Shown in pieces: positions 36,517-46,496 of a stretch of DNA of 64,000 nt. Under the pieces are notes generated by a model. It did no database searches. It was not told where the DNA came from and saw nothing but the letters and a program-made list of their open reading frames with translations. How positions within the stretch are numbered: position 1 is the stretch's first letter; each line of letters starts with the position of its first letter. The position numbers and the translations under genes were made by a program. Source of the DNA: a virus; the IMG/VR virus record IMGVR_UViG_3300021197_001902, positions 1 to 64,000 of that record; one strand, written 5' to 3'.

Positions 36517-38019
36517 TTATTCCTCCTCCGTCTCAGCGTCGTCGCTACACTCGTTTGCTAGTGCGTTTTCAGCGCTAGCATTTGCAACATTTTCGTTTTG
36601 GTTGTCAATCTCACTCATAAGTAGTTCTAACAGCAGATAAATTATGCCTAGCGGGCTTGGCGGCATCATTAACATTCCAGAAATCGTTCCTGTGAAGTCA
36701 ATACCGTCAATAGACACCCTAGGGAAGAAGTTCTCGGGTACACCAGGGTTCCCATCGCCAGGAGGAGGCTGAATAGCATCGAGGCCGGTTCGCATCCCCT
36801 CTTGCATAGCATAATCAATCAGACACAATAACAGCTTCGCTAGATCTTCCCCATTGAGGGTTGGATTAAGGCCCAGACCAGTAAGAGTTTCGTTTACACC
36901 CTCTGCAATACCCTCCTCCTCCATTACCTCGGCTAGGGAGTTAAAAGCTTTACCAGTGCCAATCTTGATACCCTTAGTGATTGCAACGTGAGGATCTGCT
37001 AGTTCAACGATACCTTTAAGAATATCTATAGGTGTTTTGATTAGCATCTTGAGAATAAAGTCTCGGGCTGACGAATTAAATGCCGTTGTCTGGTCTTGTC
37101 CTGTTGAGCTCGCAATTGCCAAAGCACTTGCTGGACGGGTCATATTTGGGGACGAGTTAAAGTTATTGTCGTTTGCTATAGTGGACAGCAAAATATCTAT
37201 TACCCTATCTTTGGGAGTTTGAAAGGCTCGGTTAAGGTCTGGGAAATATTGTGCTGTCAGGTAGAAGTTGTAAATTAATGGTATTAACGAAATTGAATTG
37301 GAATCGAACGTGGTTGAAAAGAACCTTGAGTACTCTTCATTGCCAAGAATGAAACTAACATCGTTTGGTGTAAAATCAATTCCCGTGGTGTTGAGGATAT
37401 ATTCTTCGGCTGCCGCTGCAGCGTCTCGCGAGTCTTCTCTTAAGGTTAATTCTCGGTCAAGAACGAATATTAGATCTCGTACACGTGACAGGGACCATCG
37501 TCCCAAAACTCCATCTGTGGGGAAGGCACGTGGATCCAGATTTGGAAATGGATTATAGCCTGCGGCGCCGAAGAGGGCGTGATACAGCAAAATTGTGTTC
37601 TTTACTGTATAACTCTCGGGGCCAAGAAGCTCATTCCAGAAAAACCGCTCTGCATTCGCGCGGGTATAACCCTCAAAAGCGCTGGTATCATTATATTGAA
37701 AAATACTGCTCAAGTCAACATACGGTGAGGATAACACTGGGAAATATACGGATTTTAACTGACTGGAAGTGTTACCAAAAATGCCTGCTGCTCTTTGAAT
37801 AAGTGTATTCATATTCGTGAGTTCATCTGCCCACTCGGACCGGAGATTGCTATTTGTGTCACCCAGGTTGCCGTCAGCCAAAGGATTACTCAGGAGTCCA
37901 TCTGGCTTGGGGCTCCATCCGGGCCCACCATTACTGGTTGAGGACAATGGGAGGCCGGCGTCATCGAGTATATCATCGATAGCTTGATTGGCAATGGATC
38001 CTAGTGTATAAGTCGGCAT
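36517..38019 (-). CDS. Hypothetical virion protein with hydrophobic C-terminal helices
   Basis: 500 aa; ILKMLIKTPIDILKGIVELADP and MLMMPPSPLGIIYLLL; in frame with the upstream 1780-aa ORF. Confidence 0.65.
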   Translation of the reverse strand: MPTYTLGSIANQAIDDILDDAGLPLSSTSNGGPGWSPKPDGLLSNPLADGNLGDTNSNLRSEWADELTNMNTLIQRAAGIFGNTSSQLKSVYFPVLSSPYVDLSSIFQYNDTSAFEGYTRANAERFFWNELLGPESYTVKNTILLYHALFGAAGYNPFPNLDPRAFPTDGVLGRWSLSRVRDLIFVLDRELTLREDSRDAAAAAEEYILNTTGIDFTPNDVSFILGNEEYSRFFSTTFDSNSISLIPLIYNFYLTAQYFPDLNRAFQTPKDRVIDILLSTIANDNNFNSSPNMTRPASALAIASSTGQDQTTAFNSSARDFILKMLIKTPIDILKGIVELADPHVAITKGIKIGTGKAFNSLAEVMEEEGIAEGVNETLTGLGLNPTLNGEDLAKLLLCLIDYAMQEGMRTGLDAIQPPPGDGNPGVPENFFPRVSIDGIDFTGTISGMLMMPPSPLGIIYLLLELLMSEIDNQNENVANASAENALANECSDDAETEEE

Positions 38020-38031
38020 ATTATTCTTTCT

Positions 38032-41000
38032 CTATGGTTCAAACGGGACCGGGTCTTCAGATGTTTCAGTTTCGCTGGTCGTGAACGAAGTGACTCCAAT
38101 TGGTGGTGGTGTTGAAAAGGGATCCCCTGAATATTGTGTGTTCCCGGCAGCATCTTGGACGGGTGGCATCGGCTGTGGTGGGGATCCCGCGGGTGTATAC
38201 CCCAGATCCAACAGCAAATAAACATCTGTTCCTTTCTTAAGCCAGACTTTGAAGTGCCTGTTTGAACCGATCGGGTCGCCAAGCGCTTCTTCCAGCGTCT
38301 CGCTAGTACTTGGTTGCTCCTGTGTTATGTCTAAGCGACCATTAATTTGGTACCCATAGAACTCAGGGCCCTCGGGGACGTTGAGCTGCACGTTGTAGTT
38401 TTGATATCTAACTTGGGGCACCACATTTCTCAGCTCTGCATTGGGATATTGGCTGGCGAGATTAATGGCGGCAAGGCTCATAACTGTGAACTCACTATCA
38501 TCAATATCATTAACTCCCAGATAGACCGAAATGGCATTTGTTGAAGCGTTGGTGGATACATGGCCATTGAGGTATCTCAATTGACTGTTGCTGTACGGTG
38601 GATCAATTCGTGTAAAATCACTCGTGTCGTATTCTAGAGCATCAAGCCCTTGGTCGCTTCTCTGCAGAGTTGTTAGGTTTTCATAGGTCTCTTGAACCTC
38701 CTGTGAGGCTGTTTCTCCACCTTCATAAATGTTCTCAACCCTCAGTGTCATCATTAGTCCCACTTCCGGAATGCCTAGGACTTCTGCTGTTAGTGTACTC
38801 TGGTCGAGATTTTGCAGTATCTGACTAATAGCAGCAGCCGTATCTGTCTCGACTGTGAGTCCGGGGAGTGTTCGTAGCAGCGATTCATCAAAAGACAACT
38901 GATTGGTATCAGGGAGTGCTTTGCGAAGAGCATTGTTGATTGTCTCACGACTACGTTCAATTCTGTCTGTGATAATAAAGTCCAGAATCTCATCGAAGCC
39001 AAAAAAGGTATCTTCGGTGGTAACCGAAAATTCCGTGCCGTCTGGTATTGCGACCGTACCATCCTGATAGAGAATGCCACCCTGTGAGATAACACTCGGT
39101 CTCTTGGTCTTTATGTTAAAGTATGAAACCAAGTCCATGCGCGTCATCATCCTGCCCGCGGGGCCGTTGACGTCGAAATAGACCAACAATGATTGTAATA
39201 TTTGCCCTCTAATGAAAGCAAACACAAAGTTATCTCGGTCTAAAAGGCTATCGATGTTGTAGGCCGACATAACAAAAATGTTTTTGATGATGACCTCAGC
39301 AATGTGGATCTGAACCAAAAGCTGGTACATACCAAACTTAATCACATTCCTGATCTTTGAACTCAGCGGGATCTGATCAGCACAGCCTTCTTTATATTCG
39401 TCCAACATCTGTTCAATAATGCCATTTATGTCTAAGAAATCACCTAGTTCGCTAGGGGGACAATTCTCGGTAGGAGTGAAAAAGTTTAGTGACTGAAGAG
39501 TTGCTGCATCAAAAATACCATTGTTTAAGACATATTCAAATGCATTATCAACTAACTGGCCGTACGCTCTAGGAAAATCGCTGTAATATACCTCCAACGC
39601 GTCTTCTGTCGCAGGAGACGATAGCTCACTGATCACGGCCTCTGCAAACCTGTACACAAAAGCATTTGCGGTATTGCCTAGGCTATTGATCGAGGAGTCA
39701 TTATATGAGATCTCAGAAGTGGTTGCGGTTTTTTCGCCGCCGATGACTTCGTCCTCTGCATTGTTACGAAAAAATCTCTGTAGATTAAAGTCAGCTAACA
39801 ACTGGGGGTCATTGTAGGATTCTGGCTTGGCCGGATATGTCAGCAACAGCGAATTTGGCATGCCCAGCGTTTCAGAAGGTTCTATGCCGAAGGGTGAATC
39901 TTCTATCGTATTAGTAATGGGGTTAACCGACAATGTGGAGAAGCCGACCTGTGTAGGGCTTTGTAGAGTCGATGGGCCGAGAGAAAGGTGTGCAGGGTGG
40001 ATATGGCTTGGAGTGTAGAGTCCAGTAACCAAGTCGTGGACGCCGTCGCCTTCGGAGGGATCAGGGGGTGGAGGGTCCAGTGTTATATCTAGGCGACCAT
40101 TAATCTGGTATCCATAGAACTCGGGGCCAGTAGGAACGTTATACTGCATATCATAGTTTTGGTACCTAACGCGTGGCACCACGTTTCTTAACTCAACGTT
40201 AGGATATTGGTTCATGACGAAGAGGTTGGCTTCTTCCAAGACATAATATTCATCTTTATCATCAAGATCATTAAACGATAGGTAGATCGATATGGCGTTT
40301 GTCGAAGTGTTGGTAGATACATGACTATTAATATATCTTAGTTGGCTATTGCTATATGGAGGGTCAATTCGTATAAAATCAGTTATGTCGTATTCAAAAG
40401 CGTCGATGCCTTGATCAAATCTCTGCAGGGTTGTAGATGCTATATTCAGCAGAGAAATTAATTCGTCATCCTGATGTATAACATAGGGCAGCGACTCTTC
40501 CGCGGAGACGGCAGGGTCGGTGTAATAGTGATAGTGTTGTCCCGTTGAATTGAAAAAAGGTGCAAGTGGAAGATCCGGATCTTCTGCAAACTTAAACAGT
40601 AGCTGTAAATCCTTGTACTCATCTGCTTGGCCAGCTGAAACAAGGTACGAGCTGTAAAACCTTTGTGTGATTGTCTGGAGTGTTTGCGGGTCATATGTAA
40701 ATTCCGGAGTTATGTAGTCTCTGAGCGCACTAACGAAATTTTGGTTAAATACATACGAGGTAAAAACTGGGTTTCCGGTAGAGTCGGGATTACTTAAGCC
40801 TTGGATATTGTTTATAACATTCTGAATTGCGGCTTGAAAATTAGGATCTGCAGATGCAGTTGTAATTGCTCCTGCCATTGTGGAGACAGCGCCAACGGCC
40901 GCGGCCTGGTCCGTGCCCAGAACGCGGGCTATATCGACATCACACTCTTCCAGTCTAGTCTCCAGTCCATCAAAACCATCCTTAACTTCCTGCAAAACCT

Positions 41001-43374
41001 CTACAATTTTGTTTAAAAAGCCCGGAGCTACGACAGAGCCACTTCCGCGGTCGATGTCCCTAAGTTCATCAGCGTACTGGATACCGTCGAGTAGTCCGGA
41101 CTCGTTCCTCAGTACTGGCTGCAACATAATTTCTTTTACAGAATCGCCCGATGCGATGAACTGAAGCTGTACTGTTTCTGCCAGTGCATTAAACGTCTCT
41201 GGGACCGACTTGCCGATCGTTGGGTCCAGAAACTCAGAATCCGGGCATTCATTATATAAGCGAGGAAGATCGACCACCAACCCATCTTCTATCAGCGCAA
41301 GAAGTTGGCTAATATTCTCATCATCAAAAAGGCCCGGATCCAAGCAAACATTGTCCTGATTTAGGGCGTAGAGATCATTGGCAATCTGATTACAGAGGTC
41401 TGTTACGTCAACGGTTGCGGACAAATCCTCAAAGAACCCCATAATATCCGTGACAGTATCTAGTCGGTCACCAACTGCCGTGTCTGAGTATTGCGCATTA
41501 AAATCCAGTATCTTATCCAGTAAGTCTGGGGATATATCGTTTCTATTCATAAACAAGATGCAAATATCAATTGAACTCAGTATGGTTGAAAGTGCGCTCA
41601 AGTAGTCCAGTGTCTGTTGGGTTGAAAGGCCGTTCTTCGCTGACAACTGATCAAGCTGTGATATCGCTCCAACCTGTGGTAATCCATTCAGTTGCGGGTT
41701 GAGATTATCATTAATAAAACTTGTTATATCATTCTGACCGTAGTCAGTAGATCGTGGTGATGTTGTCGGGCAGTTCTCCCTCAACAAGTCAGCCAACTGC
41801 TTAATAATTTCTAAAACAATCTGTTGAACTGTGTCAATCAGAGCTTTTTCGATCTGTTTCCACAAGTCTCCAGAGATTGTAAACGGCTTAAAGTTTTTAA
41901 AATCGATTGGCGGCAGACTAATAGGCGATCGCTTGGGTAAGTCAGGAGGAATATAAATTGAAGCTGCAGCATTGGTCAAAGCGTTTGTCGTAGCGCGGCC
42001 AACTCGCACGGCTGCAGCTGAGGCTCCAAAAGTTAAACACAAGAATGCTTCTTTTGCGATCTCATCAATCCCAAATTGCCGCATAATGTAAGCAACCTTT
42101 GGATTTTTTTTCTGAATTAGTCCCAATGGGCCAGCTTCAATAACGTTTGCAATGGTATTCGAGACATCTGCTGCAGTTGTCAATGCCTTGACGGCTTGTG
42201 CGGCGGCGACTTTTCGGAAAACCTCTGGATTATCAGCGATCTCCTGTTTGAGCTTTCTGTACTCTTCGGACGTAAAGTAGTCTTTAAAGCCTTTTTCCAA
42301 GTCATCGACATTGTTAAAGTCTATAAGACCCTGGTCTGCGGCCACTCTCAACAACTCGTTGGTCATGTCCTTCTTGGGTTGGAGCTGGAAGTTCTCTATT
42401 AGGTCCCCTTCGAGCCCCAGTGAATCTCTAACTGAGTCATCATTCAAAAAATCAAAGAAAGAATATGGATTTTGTGTATCAATATTGAGCTGAAATGACG
42501 TCAGTAGGTTTTGGTAGTTCCTTAAAATTGCTAGAGTTAGCGGGTCTTTTAGTAACCTGTTGTTCTTGATGATCGAGAAATAGCCCACACGCAGAGGTTG
42601 GCTTTCAATCTCGTCTTCAACCAGCAAGTAGTCTATTCTTGATACGGCTAGCTTTCCTCGCTTTTTACCAAACACTATTGTAATTGTATCAGCTTCAGAG
42701 AAATTATAGCTAGGGGACTGAATCTTTGTCTGCTCCGACAAAATAGCCACAAGTACATTGAGAATGGTAGTCGCCTGCACTTGCAGAGGTCCAAAAGCAA
42801 CATTAATATTTATTTGTCCCTCAAATCCACCATACTGCGTATCAAACATTTTAAGGCCATTATTCAACAGATTGTTCTGCTGGCCAAGTGTACCAACCAC
42901 AAGAGTAGTTTCTGAAATTTCTCCTTCAATACCTTGCTGTTCGTTGAAGAAGGCCAAGTTTGCGTCGAAGTCAGGCATCGTTTCGTCTGCCAGCAACTCT
43001 TCCCTCTTCGCATCAAAATCATAAAGAGACCTTAGTATAACGATTGTCCTATTGGAGGGAGGTGATGTTTGGTAGAACGTCTCAAGTGAAACCGAGCGCG
43101 CTATAGCCTCTTTTATCTCATTTGCCAGATCTAGGTCGCCACCCGCAGAGTCCTGAAAATATTCCTCATCATACAGGTAGGAATAAAACTCTGGTAGATA
43201 TGACGTTATGAATTCAGCTGTGGCTATTCTTTTCGTGTCGGGGTTATCGAGGATTTCGCTAAAGTCGTTAGCTCTGTCGAGCTTTAATTTGATTTTGCTA
43301 GACTGACTAGAGCGTTCATAGAACGGAACATTGAAAGTCTTACTCAGATATTTTTTTGTTATGATGGCAGCCAT
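38032..43374 (-). CDS. Giant acidic helical virion-associated protein with an internally duplicated ~115-aa domain
   Basis: 1780-aa ORF between the spike and gp25 genes. Confidence 0.7.
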   Translation of the reverse strand: MAAIITKKYLSKTFNVPFYERSSQSSKIKLKLDRANDFSEILDNPDTKRIATAEFITSYLPEFYSYLYDEEYFQDSAGGDLDLANEIKEAIARSVSLETFYQTSPPSNRTIVILRSLYDFDAKREELLADETMPDFDANLAFFNEQQGIEGEISETTLVVGTLGQQNNLLNNGLKMFDTQYGGFEGQININVAFGPLQVQATTILNVLVAILSEQTKIQSPSYNFSEADTITIVFGKKRGKLAVSRIDYLLVEDEIESQPLRVGYFSIIKNNRLLKDPLTLAILRNYQNLLTSFQLNIDTQNPYSFFDFLNDDSVRDSLGLEGDLIENFQLQPKKDMTNELLRVAADQGLIDFNNVDDLEKGFKDYFTSEEYRKLKQEIADNPEVFRKVAAAQAVKALTTAADVSNTIANVIEAGPLGLIQKKNPKVAYIMRQFGIDEIAKEAFLCLTFGASAAAVRVGRATTNALTNAAASIYIPPDLPKRSPISLPPIDFKNFKPFTISGDLWKQIEKALIDTVQQIVLEIIKQLADLLRENCPTTSPRSTDYGQNDITSFINDNLNPQLNGLPQVGAISQLDQLSAKNGLSTQQTLDYLSALSTILSSIDICILFMNRNDISPDLLDKILDFNAQYSDTAVGDRLDTVTDIMGFFEDLSATVDVTDLCNQIANDLYALNQDNVCLDPGLFDDENISQLLALIEDGLVVDLPRLYNECPDSEFLDPTIGKSVPETFNALAETVQLQFIASGDSVKEIMLQPVLRNESGLLDGIQYADELRDIDRGSGSVVAPGFLNKIVEVLQEVKDGFDGLETRLEECDVDIARVLGTDQAAAVGAVSTMAGAITTASADPNFQAAIQNVINNIQGLSNPDSTGNPVFTSYVFNQNFVSALRDYITPEFTYDPQTLQTITQRFYSSYLVSAGQADEYKDLQLLFKFAEDPDLPLAPFFNSTGQHYHYYTDPAVSAEESLPYVIHQDDELISLLNIASTTLQRFDQGIDAFEYDITDFIRIDPPYSNSQLRYINSHVSTNTSTNAISIYLSFNDLDDKDEYYVLEEANLFVMNQYPNVELRNVVPRVRYQNYDMQYNVPTGPEFYGYQINGRLDITLDPPPPDPSEGDGVHDLVTGLYTPSHIHPAHLSLGPSTLQSPTQVGFSTLSVNPITNTIEDSPFGIEPSETLGMPNSLLLTYPAKPESYNDPQLLADFNLQRFFRNNAEDEVIGGEKTATTSEISYNDSSINSLGNTANAFVYRFAEAVISELSSPATEDALEVYYSDFPRAYGQLVDNAFEYVLNNGIFDAATLQSLNFFTPTENCPPSELGDFLDINGIIEQMLDEYKEGCADQIPLSSKIRNVIKFGMYQLLVQIHIAEVIIKNIFVMSAYNIDSLLDRDNFVFAFIRGQILQSLLVYFDVNGPAGRMMTRMDLVSYFNIKTKRPSVISQGGILYQDGTVAIPDGTEFSVTTEDTFFGFDEILDFIITDRIERSRETINNALRKALPDTNQLSFDESLLRTLPGLTVETDTAAAISQILQNLDQSTLTAEVLGIPEVGLMMTLRVENIYEGGETASQEVQETYENLTTLQRSDQGLDALEYDTSDFTRIDPPYSNSQLRYLNGHVSTNASTNAISVYLGVNDIDDSEFTVMSLAAINLASQYPNAELRNVVPQVRYQNYNVQLNVPEGPEFYGYQINGRLDITQEQPSTSETLEEALGDPIGSNRHFKVWLKKGTDVYLLLDLGYTPAGSPPQPMPPVQDAAGNTQYSGDPFSTPPPIGVTSFTTSETETSEDPVPFEP
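38323..40434. repeat. Diverged ~350-bp intragenic duplication (38323-38673 and 40081-40434)
   Basis: Both copies encode RIDPPYSNSQLRY...HVSTN.STNAIS...ELRNVVP.VRYQNY...GPEFYGYQINGRLDIT. Confidence 0.93.
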
Positions 43375-43381
43375 GTCTTAA

Positions 43382-44368
43382 TTAATTCGTATTGTTATAT
43401 TTGCTTAATATAAATAAGCCTTTATCGTCTGTAGTTGTCTCCGCTCCACCGGGGACTTCGAGATATGTTCTCTTGATTCCACTAACTTTCTGCATGTGCA
43501 GCATCAATTGTGCCTCAACATTTGTGAGGTTATTGACAATAGTCTCTACTCCCGCGGGGAGCAGAATTTCAAAGTCTGGTGCTGTGAGTTGCCCGTAGAA
43601 CGGAGATCTGTGAGTGTGAGTCATTAATGCTCTTGTGAATTGTCGATTATACTCCAAAAAGTTCTTAAATAACTCTCTGAGGTCATGGACTGCATCACAC
43701 GTTTCTATCAAGCACTGTTGTAGATTTGTTCCCTTTACCAATGGCTGCATATCACCATCATCATTCATGGCGATAAGATCAATACCGTAACCGATTGTTG
43801 TTGCGTTTGTGAGGTCGCCGCCTTGTGAGTTTTTCTTATCTGTTCGAGTCACAAGCTTAATATTCTCACGCGCGATGAGGCGAAGCGTGTCGGCCTTAAG
43901 AGCCACGGTACTACGGGGAGAATCAGGAGTGGTGTTCCCTACCGTCCCAGCAGACAACCCGAAGTATGAATCAGGATCTGACTTCTGCGACACATAGATC
44001 CGTGCTGCGTCCAGTTTAAAGTTAGGATCAACATTAAGGCGCTTGCCTCTCTTGTCGCGGCTTTTTGCTCTGTAACCTAGTCTACCTGCCACAATATCGA
44101 TGGCAGCACAGTGAGTATCTTTTGAGCCTCCAAATCCGGACAAGATATTGTTCGGACGGTCTAGACCAAGAACAATTCCGGCATTGCCCTTTTGGATGGG
44201 ATATTCCTCCTCTAACGCGATGTAACGAGGAGAATCGAAGTCATCCCTGGTGCCTTCGCCAAAGCCAAGGAATTCAGCCTTCTCCTGCTCTGACATGCCA
44301 TCATAGGCTTGTCGGTCTGTAGGGGAAAGAAGACTCAGATCAATTGCTAATTTTTTACGTGATGCCAT
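43382..44368 (-). CDS. Putative baseplate central spike (gp5 C-terminal/gpV-like)
   Basis: Short beta-strand repeats (VALKADTLRLIARENIKLV) and a THTH HxH apex motif; located in the gp5-gp25-gp6 neighbourhood. Confidence 0.55.
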   Translation of the reverse strand: MASRKKLAIDLSLLSPTDRQAYDGMSEQEKAEFLGFGEGTRDDFDSPRYIALEEEYPIQKGNAGIVLGLDRPNNILSGFGGSKDTHCAAIDIVAGRLGYRAKSRDKRGKRLNVDPNFKLDAARIYVSQKSDPDSYFGLSAGTVGNTTPDSPRSTVALKADTLRLIARENIKLVTRTDKKNSQGGDLTNATTIGYGIDLIAMNDDGDMQPLVKGTNLQQCLIETCDAVHDLRELFKNFLEYNRQFTRALMTHTHRSPFYGQLTAPDFEILLPAGVETIVNNLTNVEAQLMLHMQKVSGIKRTYLEVPGGAETTTDDKGLFILSKYNNTN

Positions 44369-45530
44369 CTAGTTGATATCCTTCAATTCTACCCTCTTTA
44401 AGTAGTTTTTTTGCTTCCTTCTGAGCTTCTTTACCTTGCGTGCCTTCCTTATAGGAAAAATCAAAATGTGGACCATTTGCTGACGCGCTGAGGTTTGAGT
44501 ACTCATCGACGAGGCGGAACGGCCCATTAGAGGCACTAAATCCCTGTAAGATCTTTAGTATGGCTGCTTTCGCCGCTTTGCGATCAACTACACCGCCAAA
44601 GACAAAATCTAGGGCTAGACCGAAAGTGTGTCGGCTGCTGTACATGCCCGCCGACTTAATGACTTGGTGGTATTTATCATTACCGCCGGTCACGACGATC
44701 TCAACATTTGGTACTAGTTCCTTAATCTTTTTAAACACTTGTATACCCACACTGGCCATTACTTCAGTGATATCACCACCATTCGACAACTCATTGCCCT
44801 TCTCTTTGTAACCCAAGCGTGTCAGCTCTGCACGGAGTTTGTCGGCGTTAGGCGTATCTCCTGTAAAGTCGGCCCGGCGCGCCGAGTATAGTTCGATCTC
44901 TTTGGTGGAAAGCTTTCTCGACGGGATGGCGTCCCGAAGTGGGATCGCTTTTTTACTATTAAATCTTTTTCTTAAACCTTGCGATTTTTCGTATCCTGCC
45001 AATTGAACCGGTGGGCCCACTACCGCAGAGATTCTCGGGCCATAAAGACTTCCCACATCCTCGTAAATCACTCTAACTAGAGTACCAATAGGAAGTCCAT
45101 TCTCGACATTGTTAACGTCCGAATGAACATCGGCATACGTGGCTAATATTGGATCGTCAGTGCCTCTCGGAATTGGCCGCGGTTCAATTTCGGGGATGTA
45201 TACCTTGTAAACAAATGTGGGATAATCATCAGTTTCATCTGGGTCGCCGACTGCGGCTTCTTCTTTATTTTGTGCTTCCTTGAGAACAAACTCTCGAAAC
45301 AGTGCTGATTTGTTTCTTACACTTGGGTAAGTTATCAACTTTTTAGATACTATAATCCCTTCGAAGGAGTCTTTATTTCTTAGAGCGTTTCTGCTGTAGG
45401 CTTCCTCAGTGGATAGACGCAAGAACTCCAACGGGTCAGTTCTCCTCCGGTCGGTGGAGGGTCCACCAGCATCAGATATATTATTTAATGTACCAAATGG
45501 TATCTGATCAAGCTTAAGTTTACCGGCCAT
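44355..45530 (-). CDS. Baseplate hub OB-fold-like domain fused to peptidase M15-like cell-wall hydrolase
   Basis: Start at ATG 45530. YKVYIPE...GTLVRVIY is gp5 OB-like; SRHTFGLALD...GPHFD matches the SxHxxGxAxD...H zinc motif. Confidence 0.65.
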   Translation of the reverse strand: MAGKLKLDQIPFGTLNNISDAGGPSTDRRRTDPLEFLRLSTEEAYSRNALRNKDSFEGIIVSKKLITYPSVRNKSALFREFVLKEAQNKEEAAVGDPDETDDYPTFVYKVYIPEIEPRPIPRGTDDPILATYADVHSDVNNVENGLPIGTLVRVIYEDVGSLYGPRISAVVGPPVQLAGYEKSQGLRKRFNSKKAIPLRDAIPSRKLSTKEIELYSARRADFTGDTPNADKLRAELTRLGYKEKGNELSNGGDITEVMASVGIQVFKKIKELVPNVEIVVTGGNDKYHQVIKSAGMYSSRHTFGLALDFVFGGVVDRKAAKAAILKILQGFSASNGPFRLVDEYSNLSASANGPHFDFSYKEGTQGKEAQKEAKKLLKEGRIEGYQLDGIT

Positions 45531-45831
45531 CTTCGTTGTTCTCATTCAAAAGATCAAACAGCTGCTCTTTATCATCCGCTGATAGGCCGGTGTTTCCAGT
45601 TTTTTGCCTCTGAAGGATGGCCGCGAGCTTTACCATCTGTTCGTTTGAACGCTGAAGGTTTTCCACAAATTTTGCTGCTAGAGGGCCCATCTCTCGACGG
45701 TCCGTTGTGGACTGGGCCATGTCTGCCATCACATCCATTAAGAGGGTTTTGGCCATGGCCCGATCTTCTTTAATGTTTTGCGTGGTTTCTTCGATGTAGG
45801 TTTCTAAACTTAGATCTCGCTGTTTTCCCAT
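45520..45831 (-). CDS. Hypothetical coiled-coil protein
   Basis: 103-aa ORF overlapping both neighbours. Confidence 0.7.
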   Translation of the reverse strand: MGKQRDLSLETYIEETTQNIKEDRAMAKTLLMDVMADMAQSTTDRREMGPLAAKFVENLQRSNEQMVKLAAILQRQKTGNTGLSADDKEQLFDLLNENNEDGR

Positions 45832-46496
45832 TTTACTTTAAACGTCCTGTATCTCTTTCGGAGTTTATTCAAGTTGTTAACCACTTGCTTGGTGTTTAAC
45901 CCCGTGATCTCCCGAAGGTATAAGTAAATAGCTTTTTTATTGAAAATTTCTATTTGATCAGCGGAGTCCAATAGGATACGAACTGCCATCAATACTTTTT
46001 TCTCGTTTTCTTTAATCATAAAAGAGTCCCAAGTCTTGATCTCGGTATTAAGAGAAGTCCAAAATTCTATCTCTGCTCTTTTATCAAAGTAGGTTGGCTC
46101 ATGTGATATAAGATCCTCGTCTAATTCATTCAGAACGTCCTCCATAAAAACTTCTGTCTGAAGACGCTTTTTGGTTCTCTTAACCTTATGAATAAACCAG
46201 TTCTTAGTCACCACCGAGAAGTACGAGAATGCTTTAGATCCCTTGTTAGGGTCGTACTTATTTAAAATCGTTGTGAGCCACACCTTACAGTCGGCCCTCA
46301 AATAATCTATATTGGGTAGCGTCGTAAAACGATAGGTGTAGATAATCTTATCTACCATGTGATCAAATGCAGGTTGAATGTACTCTTCGTACAGCTTAGA
46401 TCGCAACTCCCTGTCAGTTGACAGGGCATACTTAACTATTGCGTCCTCATGGACCTGCGTAAAATAATGATTTTTCTTACTCTTCTTCCTCGGCAT
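45810..46496 (-). CDS. Phage RNA polymerase sigma factor (gp55-like late sigma)
   Basis: NHYFT N-terminus, region-2-like KYDPNKGSKAFSYFSVVTKNWF and a C-terminal HTH (LREITGLNTKQV). Confidence 0.78.
   Translation of the reverse strand: MPRKKSKKNHYFTQVHEDAIVKYALSTDRELRSKLYEEYIQPAFDHMVDKIIYTYRFTTLPNIDYLRADCKVWLTTILNKYDPNKGSKAFSYFSVVTKNWFIHKVKRTKKRLQTEVFMEDVLNELDEDLISHEPTYFDKRAEIEFWTSLNTEIKTWDSFMIKENEKKVLMAVRILLDSADQIEIFNKKAIYLYLREITGLNTKQVVNNLNKLRKRYRTFKVKWENSEI

Noticed and set aside
38323-40434. Duplicated segment as a diversity-generating retroelement TR/VR pair
   Set aside because: Both copies are in-frame coding, differences are not adenine-specific and are largely synonymous, and no reverse transcriptase is in the window.
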